A model generated the notes under the pieces. It made no database searches. It was given only the letters and a program-made list of their open reading frames with translations, and had not been told where the DNA came from. The position numbers and the translations under genes are program-made. From Octopus sinensis (taxonomy: Eukaryota), in assembly GCF_006345805.1 (NCBI RefSeq), contig NC_043018.1, positions 9,920,001-9,984,000 of the forward strand: DNA of 64,000 nucleotides, given 5' to 3'. This document shows, piece after piece, positions 21,361-34,615 of this stretch (positions are counted from its first letter, which is position 1; each line of letters starts with the position of its first letter).

Positions 21361-22370
21361 GTGACCACAGCCAACTCTTTTAACCTTCTGAATATGATGG
21401 AGAAATGGAAAACTGAGGAGGATGTGGTTTCTTACTTGCAAGAATTTGTTATCCTTAAAAGAAAATTATTTACCAAACGACACTATATCAACAAAAGATT
21501 CTTCAAGGGAAAATTTACTGGCGGTGCTCCCAAAACGGATGCAATGAGTGTATGTCTGTCGGAAAAGATACATGGTAAGAAGGGGCTACCCTTCCTCATA
21601 GAACTGTACTGCTTCTTTTCTTTTACTTATGGGTCAAGGAATTGACATCAGTCCAGTTTTGTGTTGAAGAACTTGGGATGAGCCACTGCACAACTGCTGA
21701 TTACGACACCTATGATTGTGAAATATGAGCGGAGAAGCTGCTCCAACCGAGTTCAGACAGGCATTCTTATGGAGATTGCTGAGATAGACCAGTGCTCTGC
21801 AACTCTTTTTCACTTGCGGTACACTTATATTTTTTCAAAATTTGGTGGCACACCTGAACTAAAAATATAACTAAAAATGTAAGGAAAAGTATAGGGAAAA
21901 AAGTATATTCAGGTTACACTGTAACATACCTAACCTCGTCACATGGCACAACCTTTTTCATTTGCGGTATACTTATATTCTTTTCAAAATTTGGCAGCAC
22001 ACCTGAACAAAAAATATAACTAAAAGTATAGGAAACAAAATAATATTCAGGTTACACTGCGGCACACCTAGCACTGTCTCATGGCACACCAGGGAGTCGT
22101 GGCACACCAGATGCAGAGCACTGAGATAGACAAAAGAGTTTTCTCAAAAGGTAAATAAAACTGAAGAAGGGTGCTTGCTACCTGAGCAGTGGGTTTTTTC
22201 GAGGAGTGTGTCAAGAGAAGAGACGTGTTTTTCTTTATGCAGTCTCATGTAGGAATTATGACACTCGAAGGGAATGTATATGCCAGACAGTTCTTCCAGG
22301 AACCACAATTTTCAATGACTTGTGGAAGGTCTACTCTCTCATTTCTGAAATTAATGGTTTTACAGCCATC
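21361..22370 (+). pseudogene. Merlin transposase pseudogene interrupted by a hAT MITE
   Basis: With frameshifts: FNLLN..KTEEDVVSYLQE, YLWVKELTSVQFCVEELGMSHCTTADY, AEID (first catalytic D), PEQWVF, VLPGTTIFNDLWKVYSLI (PGTTI.SD.WKAY motif). Confidence 0.85.
21790..22123. mobile_element. hAT MITE (334 bp) with internal duplication of about 160 bp
   Basis: Perfect 12-bp TIR CAGTGCTCTGCA; perfect TSD AGATAGAC at 21782-21789 and 22124-22131. Confidence 0.95.
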
Positions 22371-22378
22371 CATTCAAC

Positions 22379-22685
22379 ATAGGTGCAGGAGTGGCTGTGT
22401 GGTAAGTAGCTTGCTTACCAACCACATAGTTCCGGGTTCATTCCCACTGTGTGGTACCCTGAGCAAGTGTCTTCTACTATAGCCTCGGGCCGACCAAAGC
22501 CTTGTGAGTGGGTTTGGCAGACGGAAACTGAAAGAAGCCCGTTGTATATAAGTATATATATATGTATGTGTGTGTATATGTTTGTGTATCTGTTTGTCCC
22601 CCCAACATTGCTTGACAACCGATGGTGGTGTGTTTACGTCCCTGTAACTTAGTGGTTCAGCAAAAGGAGACCGATAGAAGCAAAA
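22379..22685 (+). mobile_element. Family B SINE
   Basis: ATAGGTGCAGGAGTGGCTGTGTGGTAAGTAGC head through GCAAAAGGAGACCGATAGAA. Confidence 0.9.
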
Positions 22686-23004
22686 ATCTTTACATACATA
22701 CATACATATATATACTAACCCAGCACATAATATCCCTAGATACTATTGTTGTTGTTAACGTCCAACCAATCCAGCTGACCACCACAAGCGATCCATATAG
22801 ATCAAGCATTACCTGTTAATAAAAGATCCATAAATATATTCTATCCAACATCGGTTTTTGAGTTGTGATTCTCTTTCTCTCATTGCAGATAGAGACCTGC
22901 TGTATTTGTTGTAGCTCCTGTTGACCTCTAACCATATGTATGTATATATATATGTATATACACACATATATATATATATACATACATACATATATATATA
23001 TATA

Positions 23005-23360
23005 TCATCATCATCATCGTTTAACGTCCGTTTTCCATGCTAGCATGGGTTGGACGGTTTGACCGGGGATCTGGGAAGCCAGAAGGCTGCACCAGGCTCC
23101 AGTCTTATCTGGCAATGTTTCTACAGCTGGATGCCCTTCCTAACGCAAACCACTCCGTGAGTGTAGTGGGTGCTTTTTACTTGCCACCTGCACTGGTGCC
23201 AGGCGAGGCTGGCATTGGCCACGGTCGGATTGGTGCATTTTACGTGCCACCTGCACGGAAGCCAGTCGAGGCGGCACTGGCTTCGGCCACGATTCGGATA
23301 GTGCTTTTTACGTGCCACCGACACGGAAGCCAGTCGAGGCGGCGCTGGCATCGGCCACTA
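23005..23360 (-). mobile_element. Family C (RTE-tail) element with three internal repeats of about 60 bp
   Basis: CATCATCGTTTAACGTCCGTTTTCCATGCTAGCATGGGTTGG...; unit GTGCTTTTTACGTGCCACC..GGAAGCCAGTCGAGGCGG..CTGGC..CGGCCAC x3. Confidence 0.88.
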
Positions 23361-23739
23361 TGTATATACACACACTCATGCATATTCATACATACAGGCC
23401 ATACAGGCATATCTCAGCTTACAGTGTTAATAGGTCCCAAGAGATGTGCCTTAACTGGAAAAATGATGCAACAGGTAAAAACATTCAAAAGATTTTTTCA
23501 GGTGAGATCTGTTTTAATAAATGTTTTACAAATGTTTCCAAATGTATTTTTTGTTTGATTTGATTTTTTACTTCAGTATTGGTTTTCAGGTGTTTTTAAA
23601 AAAAAATGTTATGCTTTTAAATATGTTTACTGAGATTAATGCAAAGATGGAGATATCGACTGAGTTTAAGTTCGTTTTTTTTTCCATTAATTTTGAAATG
23701 ATGAACAGTGAAAAAAAAATTGAAATGAGATAGGTTGAG

Positions 23740-23782
23740 ATATGCATATCTATCTATCTATCTGTCTGTCTGTCTATCTCTC

Positions 23783-23814
<32 letters not shown>

Positions 23815-24100
23815 CCTACCTATCTATCTATTTATCTATCTATCTATCAATCTATCTATCTATCTATCTCTTTCTCTCTCCATCTATCTATCTCTCTCTC
23901 TTAATCTCTCTCTTTCTCTATCTATCTATCTATCTATCTATCTATTTATCTGTCAATCTATCTGTCTATCTCTCTCTATCTGTCTGTTTGTCTGTCTGTC
24001 TATCTATCTATCTATCTGCTTACCTGCCTGCCTGTCTACCTACCTGCCTACACACCTACCTACCTACATATCCATCTATCTATTTGTTTGTCTATCTAGC
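23740..24100. repeat. (TATC)n/(TC)n/(CTAC)n compound microsatellite
   Basis: Direct inspection. Confidence 0.95.
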
Positions 24101-24379
24101 TGAAGACAGCAAACATGCACACACATGCACACACACACACATAGTTCAAATTTACAGAAAAGGAAAGATGAAGACAGGTATATATATTAGTTAAATGCCT
24201 CAGGAAGAATGGAAAAGTCTTTGACATTTTGAGCGTATACTCTTTGACAGAAAGGATTGAGAGGAAAAAATGGGGAAAACGAAAAAACAGAGAGAGAAAA
24301 AAATATGTAGGGATTAATGGTTTGAATATAACACACGCACTCACACACACATATACATATACATATATACACACACATA

Positions 24380-24975
24380 AGGTGGTGACTGGCAGAATCC
24401 TTAGAGTACCAAATGCTTTGTGGCATTTCTTCTGATTTCATGTTCTGAGTTCAAATTCTGCTCAGGTTGTCTTTGCCTCTTCTCCTTTTGGGGCTGATAA
24501 AATTTCAGGCCTTGTGCCAATAAAAGAAAGCTTTGTTGTAGTTGTCATCCTTCTTCTTCTTATTATTATTATTGTTATTATTATCATTATTATTATTATT
24601 ATTAAGGTGGTGAGCTGGCAGAATCGTTAGCATACCAGGCAATATGCTTAGCAGCATTTCATCCATTTTTATGTTCTGAGTTCAAATTCCGCCAAGGTTA
24701 GCTTTACCTTTAATCCTTTCAAGGTCAATGAAATAACTACCAGTCGAGTACTGGGGGGGGGGGAGGTCGATGTAACTGACTTATCCCCTCCCCCAAAAAT
24801 GTCACGCCTTGTGCTTTTAGTAGAAAGGATTATTATTATTATTATTGTTGTTGTTGTTGTTGTTGTTATCACCATTAAGGTGGTGAGTTGCCAGAACTGT
24901 TGGCAAGTTGGACAAAATACCTGGCAGTGTTTCGTCAGTCTTCATGTTCTGGGTTCAAATTCCGCCAAGATCAAC
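24380..24975 (+). mobile_element. Three family A SINEs in tandem
   Basis: Heads at about 24380, 24604 and 24877, separated by TTA/GTT repeats. Confidence 0.85.
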
Positions 24976-24987
24976 TCTGCTGCTGCT

Positions 24988-25019
<32 letters not shown>

Positions 25020-25020
<1 letters not shown>

Positions 25021-25822
25021 CTTTTCACTTTCTACTATAGGCACAAGGCCTGAAACTTTGGTGGGAGGGGACAGTCAATTACATTGACCCCAGTGTATAA
25101 CTGGTATCTATTTCATCGCCACCCAAAGGATAAAAAGCAAAGTTGACTTCAGTGGGATTTGAACCCAGAATGTAAGGATAGATGAGATGCTGTTAAGCAT
25201 TTGGCTTCGTGTGCTAATGATTCTGCCAGCTTGCCACCTTTGTGATGCTAATAATAACAATAATAATAAAAATGGCTTCAAGTTTTAGCCCAAGGCAAGC
25301 AATTTCAGTGGGAGTTACATTGACCCCCAGCGTTCAACTGGTACTTAATGTATCAACCCTGAAAAGACAATTGGTGCCGTATTTGGACTCAGAATGTGAA
25401 GAACCAGAAGAAATACTGCTGAGCATTTTGTTCAACGTGCTAACGATTCTGCTATAATGGTCTCTGGTTTAGAGTTGAAACAGGAGAGATTAGTTGATGC
25501 TATCGGTCCCTGTACCTGGCCGGTACTTTATTTTATTGACCCTGAAAGGATGAAAGGCAGAACAGGATTTGAACTTAAAGAGCATGAAGAAATACCTATT
25601 TCTTTTACTACCCACAAGGGGCTGAACACAGAGGGAACAAACAAGGACAGACAAACGGAATAAATCGATTACATCGACCCCAATGCGTAACTGGTACTTA
25701 ATTTATCGACCCCGAAAGGATGAAAGGCAAAGTTGAGCTCGGCGGAATTTGAACTCAGTACGTAATGGCAGACGAAATACGGCTACGCATTTCGCCCAGC
25801 GTACTAACGTTTCTGCCAGCTC
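25020..25822 (-). mobile_element. Family A SINE cluster ending in an A2 copy (25597-25822) with 15-bp TSD
   Basis: TSD GCATGAAGAAATACC at 25582-25596 and 25823-25837. Confidence 0.88.
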
Positions 25823-26394
25823 GCATGAAGAAATACCACAAGGCAATTTGTCTGAGGAATTCCTGTTAAGATGATGTATTTTGCCCGAGAACACATTAAT
25901 TTTCTTTGTCTGTTAACTTGTGTCTATTTTATTGGTATTTTTAATGCCAGTCACAGAGTCTTCATCGTTTAGTGCATACGTACCTGGCAATATAGATTTT
26001 TATTGCAGCTGACTGCATTAGTCTCTCAGCCTTTATTTACAGCTCGAAGATCCACAGATTCTTGAACTAAACATCAAAGCAACAATTTATTTTAGAATTC
26101 TAACAGAAGACAAGCAAAGAAATGATTAAGAAAAAATGAAATCTCTTTAATTATCCGAAATCTAAAGAATTCATTGTTTTGTTGTTATACATAAATACAT
26201 AATTCATATCTTGACACTGTTTGGCAGAGAATTTCTGTTGAGTTTCTTTTTGTATGAATATCTTTTCATGTAATCGAAATCATTTAAAATCCGAAGACAG
26301 CCAGAACAAGGAATTAATTGTCACTAATCGTCTGGCGTCCAAGACGCACTTCAAACGTCTAATACTGAGTTCCAGTCGCACATACAAACATGTA

Positions 26395-26689
26395 TATCTT
26401 TTATCTTTTACTTGTTTCAGTCATTAGGCTCCGGCCATACTGGAGCACTGCCTTGAAGAATTTTTAGGAGACTGAATCAACTCTAGTACTTTTTTTTTAT
26501 TTTTAAAGTCTGGTACTTCTTCTATTGGTTGCTTTTGCCAAACTGCTAAGTTACGGGGATGTAAACATGCCAACACCAGTTTTCAAGTAGTGGTAGGGGG
26601 ATAAACACACACACACACACACACATATATGGTTAGATAGGTAGATAGATAGATATATAATAATAATAATGATGATGATGATGATGATG

Positions 26690-26739
<50 letters not shown>

Positions 26740-26975
26740 TCGGACTAATAGGTATAAGTTGATTAGTGTGTTTCAGTGTTGAGTAGAGCACCAGCACAGT
26801 TTAGGTTAGCTGTTGTGATCCACAGTTGTGGTATATTTCTGATGGATCTACTTCAGGAAATCCGGAGTGTCAGTTGGAGTAATTATATTAATTAAGTACA
26901 AGAAGATGGATTTAGTATCAATACCAAATACCAAATCCATCTTCTTGTTACTTATTAATATATATATGTGCGCGC

Positions 26976-27015
<40 letters not shown>

Positions 27016-27150
27016 GATGGGCTTCTTTCAGTTTCCATTTACCAACTCTACTCACAAGGCTTGTAGAAGATACACACTTTGCCCAAGGTGCCATGTAGTG
27101 GGACTGAACATGGAACCATGTGATTGGGAGGCATGTCTCTTACCACACAG
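26395..27150 (-). mobile_element. Family B SINE split by microsatellite and other inserted sequence (26395-26610 and 27015-27150)
   Basis: 3' half TTTCAGTCATTAGGCT... and 5' half GGGCTTCTTTCAGTTTCC...ACCACACAGCC. Confidence 0.75.
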
Positions 27151-27164
27151 CCATGACTATATAT

Positions 27165-27665
27165 ATCATCATCGTTTAATGTCCGCTTTCCATGCCAGCA
27201 TGGGTTGGATGATTTGACTGAGGACTGGCGAACCAGATGGCTGCAACAGGCTCCAGTCTGATCTGGCAAGTTTCTACAGCTGGATGCCCTTCCTAATGCC
27301 AACCACTCCGAGAGTGTAGTGGGTGCTTTTACGTGCCACTGGCATGAGGGTCAGTCAGGCAGTACTGGCAATGGCCACACTCAAATGGTGATTTTACATG
27401 CCACCTGCACAGGAGCCAGTCCAGCGGTACTGGCAACGACCTCACTCGAATGTTTTTTCATGTGCCAGTAAGGCAATGCTGGTAACGATTACACTTGAAT
27501 GGTGCTTTTTATGTGCCATCGGCATGGAAGCCAGTTTGCTGCTCTAGCAATGACCACACTGGGATGGTGCTCTTAGCGCTTCTCTAGTCTGGATGCCAGT
27601 ATTGAATTTGATTTCGATTTCACTTGTCCCAACAGGTCTTTGCAAGCAGAGTTTAGTGTCCAGCA
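27165..27665 (-). mobile_element. Family C (RTE 3' UTR) element, extended
   Basis: Homologous to 23005-23170 and 57060-57480; repeated GTGCTTTTACGTGCCA motif. Confidence 0.85.
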
Positions 27666-27710
27666 GAGTTTATACATATATATATATATATGTATATATA
27701 TATATGTATA

Positions 27711-28003
27711 CAGGGCTGGCCTTAGGAGGTTCAGGACCTAATTGGGAACAATTTTGGTGGGCCTCAGGTTCCTCGTGAACTTGCACCTTGGAAATTCCCT
27801 TCCCCCTACCTCAGAATTAATTTTTCTCCTTGTTTTGTTTTCAGGTGCTATCAACTAACCTATGTAGATTTTTTAAAAGACTTCAGGGAGACCACCTTTA
27901 TGAAATGTTGCCATATAGAATGTGACTTTCTTGAGCATGGCGCCCCCTTCGGCATGGGACCCAATTGGGAGCAATCGGTCCAATTGGCTTCAGGCTGGCC
28001 CTG
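27711..28003. mobile_element. hAT MITE (293 bp)
   Basis: TIR CAGGGCTGGCCTTA / TTCAGGCTGGCCCTG; 8-bp TSD TATGTATA on both sides. Confidence 0.85.
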
Positions 28004-28019
28004 TATGTATATATATATA

Positions 28020-28190
28020 TATGATGGGTTTCTTTCAGTTTCCGTCTACCAAATCCACTCACAAGGCTTTGGTCAGCCCAAGGCTATAGTAGAAGAAAAC
28101 ACATTTTGCCCAACATGCCATGCAGTGGGACTGAATCCAGAACCATGTAGCTGTGAAGCAAGCTTCTTACCACACAGCCATGCCTACATC
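28020..28190 (-). mobile_element. Family B SINE 5' half
   Basis: TCTTTCAGTTTCCGTCTACCAAATCCACTCACAAGGC...ACCACACAGCCATG. Confidence 0.85.
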
Positions 28191-28344
28191 TCTAGTCACA
28201 AAAGTTACAGGTGAGATTACTCATGGGACTGAGGATGGTAGAGACCAGAAGTGGGGTAAGAAGAAGGGTCATAAAGTGTTTTGACCAGTCACATGATTTA
28301 GTAACAAACATTACAAATTTTGCTGGGTAACAGATCTACTCTGT

Positions 28345-28732
28345 GATGTCATCATGGCACTCCGTCGGTTATGATGACAAGGATTCCAGTTGATCCGATC
28401 ACTGGAACAACCTGCTCGTGAAATTAAAGTGCAAGTGGCTGAGTACTCCGCAGACACGTGTACCCTTTACATAGTTCTCAGGGAGATTCAGCTTGACACA
28501 GAGTGTGACAAGGCTGGCCCTTTGAAATACAGGTACAACAGAAACAGGAGGAAAGTGTGAGAAAAAGTTGTGAATGAGTACAGCAGGGTTCACCACCAAC
28601 CCCTACTGGAGCCTTGTGGAGCTTTTAGGGGTTTTCGCTCAATAAACACTCCCAACGCCCAGTCTGGGAATTGAAACCGCGAGCCTATGACTGCCAGTCT
28701 GCTGCTTGAAATACTGGGCCATTGCGCTCCAC
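28345..28732 (-). mobile_element. SINE family D (head 1 plus GGCACTCCGTCGGTTA tail)
   Basis: Head GTGGAGCGCAATGGCCCAGT...GGTTTCAATTCCCAGAC; tail shared with 7965-8260 and 38570-38875. Confidence 0.85.
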
Positions 28733-29099
28733 ACTCAGTGATGTACAAAATTATTGAACTATAGATTTCTTGAGTGTAAGTCGTTTATAAATATTTACCT
28801 GCATTTTGTGGCTGATGTAATGAGGGTCATTACAGGTGTGGCAGAAAATTTTCAGAGAAGGAACAGATATTGTATGGCGAGGAAGGAAGGCAAATATTAC
28901 AGGGGCTGAGAGAAAAGGGCACACGTTTTGGGGTTGGGGGAAGGGGATACACATTGTACAGTTGGGGAAAGTGGGCACAGATTTTGGGGCTAATTGAGGG
29001 TGTTGAATGCACCAGTGTCTGCCATGCATATGCACTTTAGTTCTGCAGATTTACATACATACCTTGGCCCTGTAAATCCACATATACTGGACAGTTCTG

Positions 29100-29612
29100 T
29101 AGCCACACAACACACACACACACATTGGTGTGCATAGACACACATGCATACACACACGTGCACACACACATACACAAACACACACACTCACACATATATA
29201 CACACATACGCACATATACATACATACGCACACACATACACATGCACACACACAAGTGTGCACACACATGCATACATGCACACACATACACAAACACATG
29301 CGCACATACACATACACACAGAGTACACATACACGCATACACACAGTCACACACACAAGCATACATACACACATGCACACACATGCACACACATGCACAC
29401 ATATACACAAACTCTCACAAACACACACTCACACACATATACACACATACACACACACATACACATGCACACACACACACATACAAGTGTGCACACGCAT
29501 GCATACACACACATGCACACAGATACACAAACACACACATGCATACACACACATACACACTCACAAACACACACTAGTACGCATACATACACACACACAT
29601 GCATACACACAT
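29100..29612. repeat. (CA)n-based compound microsatellite
   Basis: Direct inspection. Confidence 0.95.
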
Positions 29613-30079
29613 CGTGATTTGGTAGTTCCACAGAGAAGTCTTATTGTCCAGACGTATTTGATCACTCATCAACTTGAATCACTCCAAGATTAACGAAGTA
29701 ACGTTCATATATCTTGATTCAATTGGGAAATTATTCCTGGAATTGCATTTCAACAGAAAAACCTATTAGATTTTATATTTCTCAAGAGAAAAATTAACAC
29801 TTCACAATTCCAGCAACACATTGCCTGTTTTCGGGGGAGGAAGAGGCAGCGGGATGTTGTTTTTTAGTTTTTGCATCTGGAAGAAGGGACAGCATCTGTG
29901 ACGTTTGCTGGCCACACAGACTGGTGTAGTTGATGCTATTGATGCAGTGTTTTAAGGGTTGCAGGTCAATGCCAACAAGAAAAATGTGAGCAAGAAGACT
30001 TCAGAGGGATCAACGGTCTGGGGAAGAAGGATTGACAACTGTGGATAGTGGAACTGTTCATTTACCAAATTCCAGCCAT

Positions 30080-30662
<583 letters not shown>

Positions 30663-30663
30663 A

Positions 30664-31522
30664 CAGGGTGCAATAGGTAAATTGTTACCATTTTATATTT
30701 TTAATTTCATGCATGTGCATTGCTTGTTTTTGATTTTGTCAACTACACAGTATGGTAGGATCAGTTGGGCACTGTCTGTGAGAAAATCAGCACCATGAAG
30801 CAATTCACTCTGCCAGGAATTTGGAAACAAACATGCTATACTGCTTGGAATTCACACTGGAAAGCTCCAATATGAACATTTCAGAGTGTTTGGGTGTCAA
30901 TCTGAGGACATGTACTGAGAATGATAAAAATCAAACATCCGGTCAACATCATGGTGTTTGGAGTGATATCTAGCGATGTTATGCCTCCATTCATCTCTCC
31001 ACACAGCCTCACACTCAACACAGAGCCCTTCATCAAGTGCCTGGAGGAGATAGTGCTGCCCCAGGTCAAGAGGGAGGCTGCTGGAAGACCCTATGTCTGG
31101 CAACAGGACTCTGCACCATACCTCACAAGCAGGAGAACCCAGTGATGGCTGTCAGACAATTTCTGCAACCACATCACCCCTAACATCTGGCCACCTGACT
31201 CCCTACACTGCAACTCCCTTGATTATTATATGTGGGAAACAGTTGAGTGAGAGACCAACAAAACTCCTTGTAACACCAAAGATGAACTGAAAGCAAAAAT
31301 TATGGCAGCATTCACCAAATTAAACAAGGAGACCGTCCAGAAGAGTTGCAGGAGATTCCAAAGTTGTTTGGAGGCCAATGACGATTTTATTGAATAAATT
31401 TACTCTTTAGTATTTCAAGATATTTTTATGTAATTTTGGTAATTATATCTGTTAAAATGAGATGCTAATGTTATTTTTATTTTTGTGTAATTTAGATGAC
31501 AGAGTTCATTCACCGCATCCTG
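30664..31522 (+). mobile_element. Internally deleted Tc1/mariner-superfamily transposon, maT (DD37D) family
   Basis: TA|CAGGGTGC ... GCATCCTG termini; KHPVNIMVFGVISSD, RPYVWQQDSAP, WPPDSLHCNSLDYY; 37 residues counted between the last two Asp. Confidence 0.92.
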
Positions 31523-31624
31523 TTTCAGGCAATACAAAATCCTGGAAAGGTTGCACATCTGCAATGGGAGTTGGACACAATACACAGGTGGGCTGATGAC
31601 AACAACATGCAGTTTAGCAGGAAA

Positions 31625-32310
31625 ATTCCAGGTCATACATTATCAGCACATAAAGCTAAATGACATGTAGATTACTCTGGCCCAGGAGGAATTGCACTCA
31701 CTGAATCAAAGTAAATATGTGTTCTGCGTGTTGACATGAGCATAGCTGCATCTTTTCAAGCATATACTACCAATTTGGTAGCAAAATATAGATGGCTAGC
31801 TGGCTGGATCTTCTGAACTTTCAAAACAAGAGAAAAGGAGACATTGATGGTCCTTTGGGGGACATACATCTTCAGCTGCTTGGACTACTGCTCCCAACTG
31901 TGGCCACCACACAATAAAAAATCCATGGCAGAATTCGAAGCAATCCAATGAAGCTACACTAAGAAAATTGTCTCGATGCAACATATCAGCTACAGGGAAA
32001 GACTGAAACAATTAAAACTCTTCTCCCTAGAATGAAGGTGGGAAAGATATGCAGTGATATACATCTGGAAAATCCTGGAAGGCCCTGTACCAAACTTTGG
32101 CATTACTCAAACTGCAGAAGGGGGTGGCACTGCATAGTGCCAAAGATTCCGGCATCACCATCAAAATACAGGACCAGATACTACAACAGCTTTGGCTTTA
32201 AGAGCCCACAGATCTTCAATATCTTTTCAAAATTCCTGAGAGACGTACATGGTGTGAATAGAAGTGTTTTAAAAACAAAACTGGATCGCTTCCTGTCAAG
32301 GGTTCCAGAT
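31625..32310 (+). pseudogene. CR1-clade LINE ORF2 C-terminal fragment
   Basis: LDYCSQLWPPHNKKSMAEFEAIQ*SYTKKIVSMQHISYRERLKQLKLFSLE*RWERYAVIYIWKILEG. Confidence 0.88.
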
Positions 32311-32439
32311 GTTACTGAGAAATTTATAGAAAGCAAAAAAAAGCTTCTTCAAAGCGAACAACTTTAGACTTGTTTTCAAAGTGAAATCTCCAAGTCCGTC
32401 TCTGAGTTCTTGTGAATTGGTGATTGTATTTTACATAAA

Positions 32440-33108
32440 ATATTCTTTTCTACTCTAGGCACAAGTCCCAAAATTTTGGGGGAGGCAGGTGAGTTGATTA
32501 GATTGATCCAGGTATGTAACTGGTACTTTATTGATCCCGAAAGGATGAAAGGCAAAGTTGACCTTGGCGGAATTTGAACTCAGAACGTAAAGACAGGGAA
32601 AATGCCACTAAGCATTTTTACCTGGCATGCTAATGTTTCTTATTTCTTTACTACCCACAAGGGGCTACACACAGAAGGCACAAACAAGGACAGACAAATG
32701 GATTAAGTCGATTACATCGACCCCAGTGTGTAACTGGTACTTATTTAATCGACCCCAAAAGGATGACAGGCGAAATCAACCTCGGCGGAATTTAAACTTA
32801 GAACGTAGCAACAGCTGAAATACCTATTTCTTTATTGCCCACAAGGGGCTAAACACAGAGGGGACAAACAAGGACAGACAAAGGGATTAAGTCGATTATA
32901 TCAACCCCAGTGCGTAACTGGTATTTAATTTATCGACCCCGAAAGGATGAAAGGCAAAGTCGACCTCGGCAGAATTTGAACTCACAACGTAACGACAGAC
33001 GAAATACGGCTATGCATTTTGCCCGGCATGCTAACGTTTCTGCCAGCTCTCCGCCTTTGACTAAGCATTTTGCCTGGTGTGCTAACGGTTCTGCCAGCTC
33101 ACCGCCTT
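32440..33108 (-). mobile_element. Nested family A/A2 SINE cluster
   Basis: One tail-1 copy and two A2 copies (tails at about 32641 and 32825). Confidence 0.85.
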
Positions 33109-34532
33109 TACCTAAAACATTATTTCCATTTTACTGTTGTTTTATTGCCATTTATTTACAAGTCGTATAAATTTTACAGGTAAAATATTTTTCTGGGAAT
33201 GAATTATGATTTATAACATTGCTACTATGGGAAATCATTGCTTTGCTTTACGAGTTTTTGCTTCCAAAGGGATCTCCAGGGACAAATTAACTCATATATC
33301 AAGACATTACTGTATTTTCAAAATTAACTGAAGCAAAACCAGTGTATTTTAACAAAAATATTGTAACTAAGTGGATGAACTATTTTCATACCCGCTTGCC
33401 TGAGACTGTCTTCGCTTCTATAAAATAAATTTCCTGTTTTAAATGGATTTAAACTAAAACAATCCATCAAAATTCCATGTTAATTTGTGTTCCAAATATA
33501 ATAATGACAGTTATTTTACAAAATTCTTCGCTATTTTCAAAATTATTGAAACAATGGCAGAATATTTTGATATAATGGTTCTCAACCCCTTTTTTGCTCC
33601 TATAGACCCCTTTCAGTCCTATTTTACTCGGAAACTGAAAGAAGCCTTGTGGATAGCTTGTCAGACTGTATATGAATATGCAGACGTGAAAAAACGCTCA
33701 GAACTCAAGGAATATGAAAAAGCATTACTGAGTGCAGGTTATTTCCTTTTAATCAGAGGGAGAAAAAAAAATGCTTTATAGACTCAGAGAGGCCTAATGA
33801 GTAAATGGGGAGATCCAATTTTCTCGTTAGTATTGCTTGAAGTGGATACACTTAGAAAACACTTCTTTACACCTGTTTCATGTGCCAGGTGTCTTAAAGT
33901 CCTTAAGAATTTTGGTTCTCTACAAAATGCAGATCTAAATACATACACACACACATGCACACACACACGCACGCACACACAAACACATATAATGCTTGAA
34001 TCCATAATGTGTAAAAATGGAGCTGCCTTGCGTTTTTGGTATTACAGCTACATAATTATGCCTTCTTTAGCGATTTTACTGATGAGCTACAGATACCAAA
34101 TTAATTTATTTGGTCATTAATAGCGAAACCCAAGTATAGGATTAACTAATTTTTTATTCACTCTCGTGCTTATTAGCAATATTCCTTAAGAATTCCATTT
34201 TTTTTTTGCAGTTTGGGTTTAACTGCCCTTTTTAGCATGTAAGAAGTCTTGTCAAAGATCTTCTCTCCATGTATATATATATATATATATATATATGATT
34301 GGACAAATGAAAAGAAAGGAGTTACATGTATTCAAAACAGTGTGATTTGGCCCCATATCACTTAAAGTTTCACAGGCCTCTAACAGAAGCCTAACTCTTT
34401 CTGACTTTACACTACCAGTAATCTAAACTGCTTTAAATAATACTTATATATATATATATATATATATATATGTCAAGACATCGAGAGGTATTTCCCCTGC
34501 TTATCCTTTGTGTTCTGTTTTTATTTCATTTG

Positions 34533-34595
<63 letters not shown>

Positions 34596-34615
34596 TATAT
34601 ATATATACATATATA

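Noticed and set aside
33780-33960. Unique-looking ORF segment (MSKWGDPIFSLVLL...)
   Set aside because: No recognisable homology and no convincing splice-site pair.
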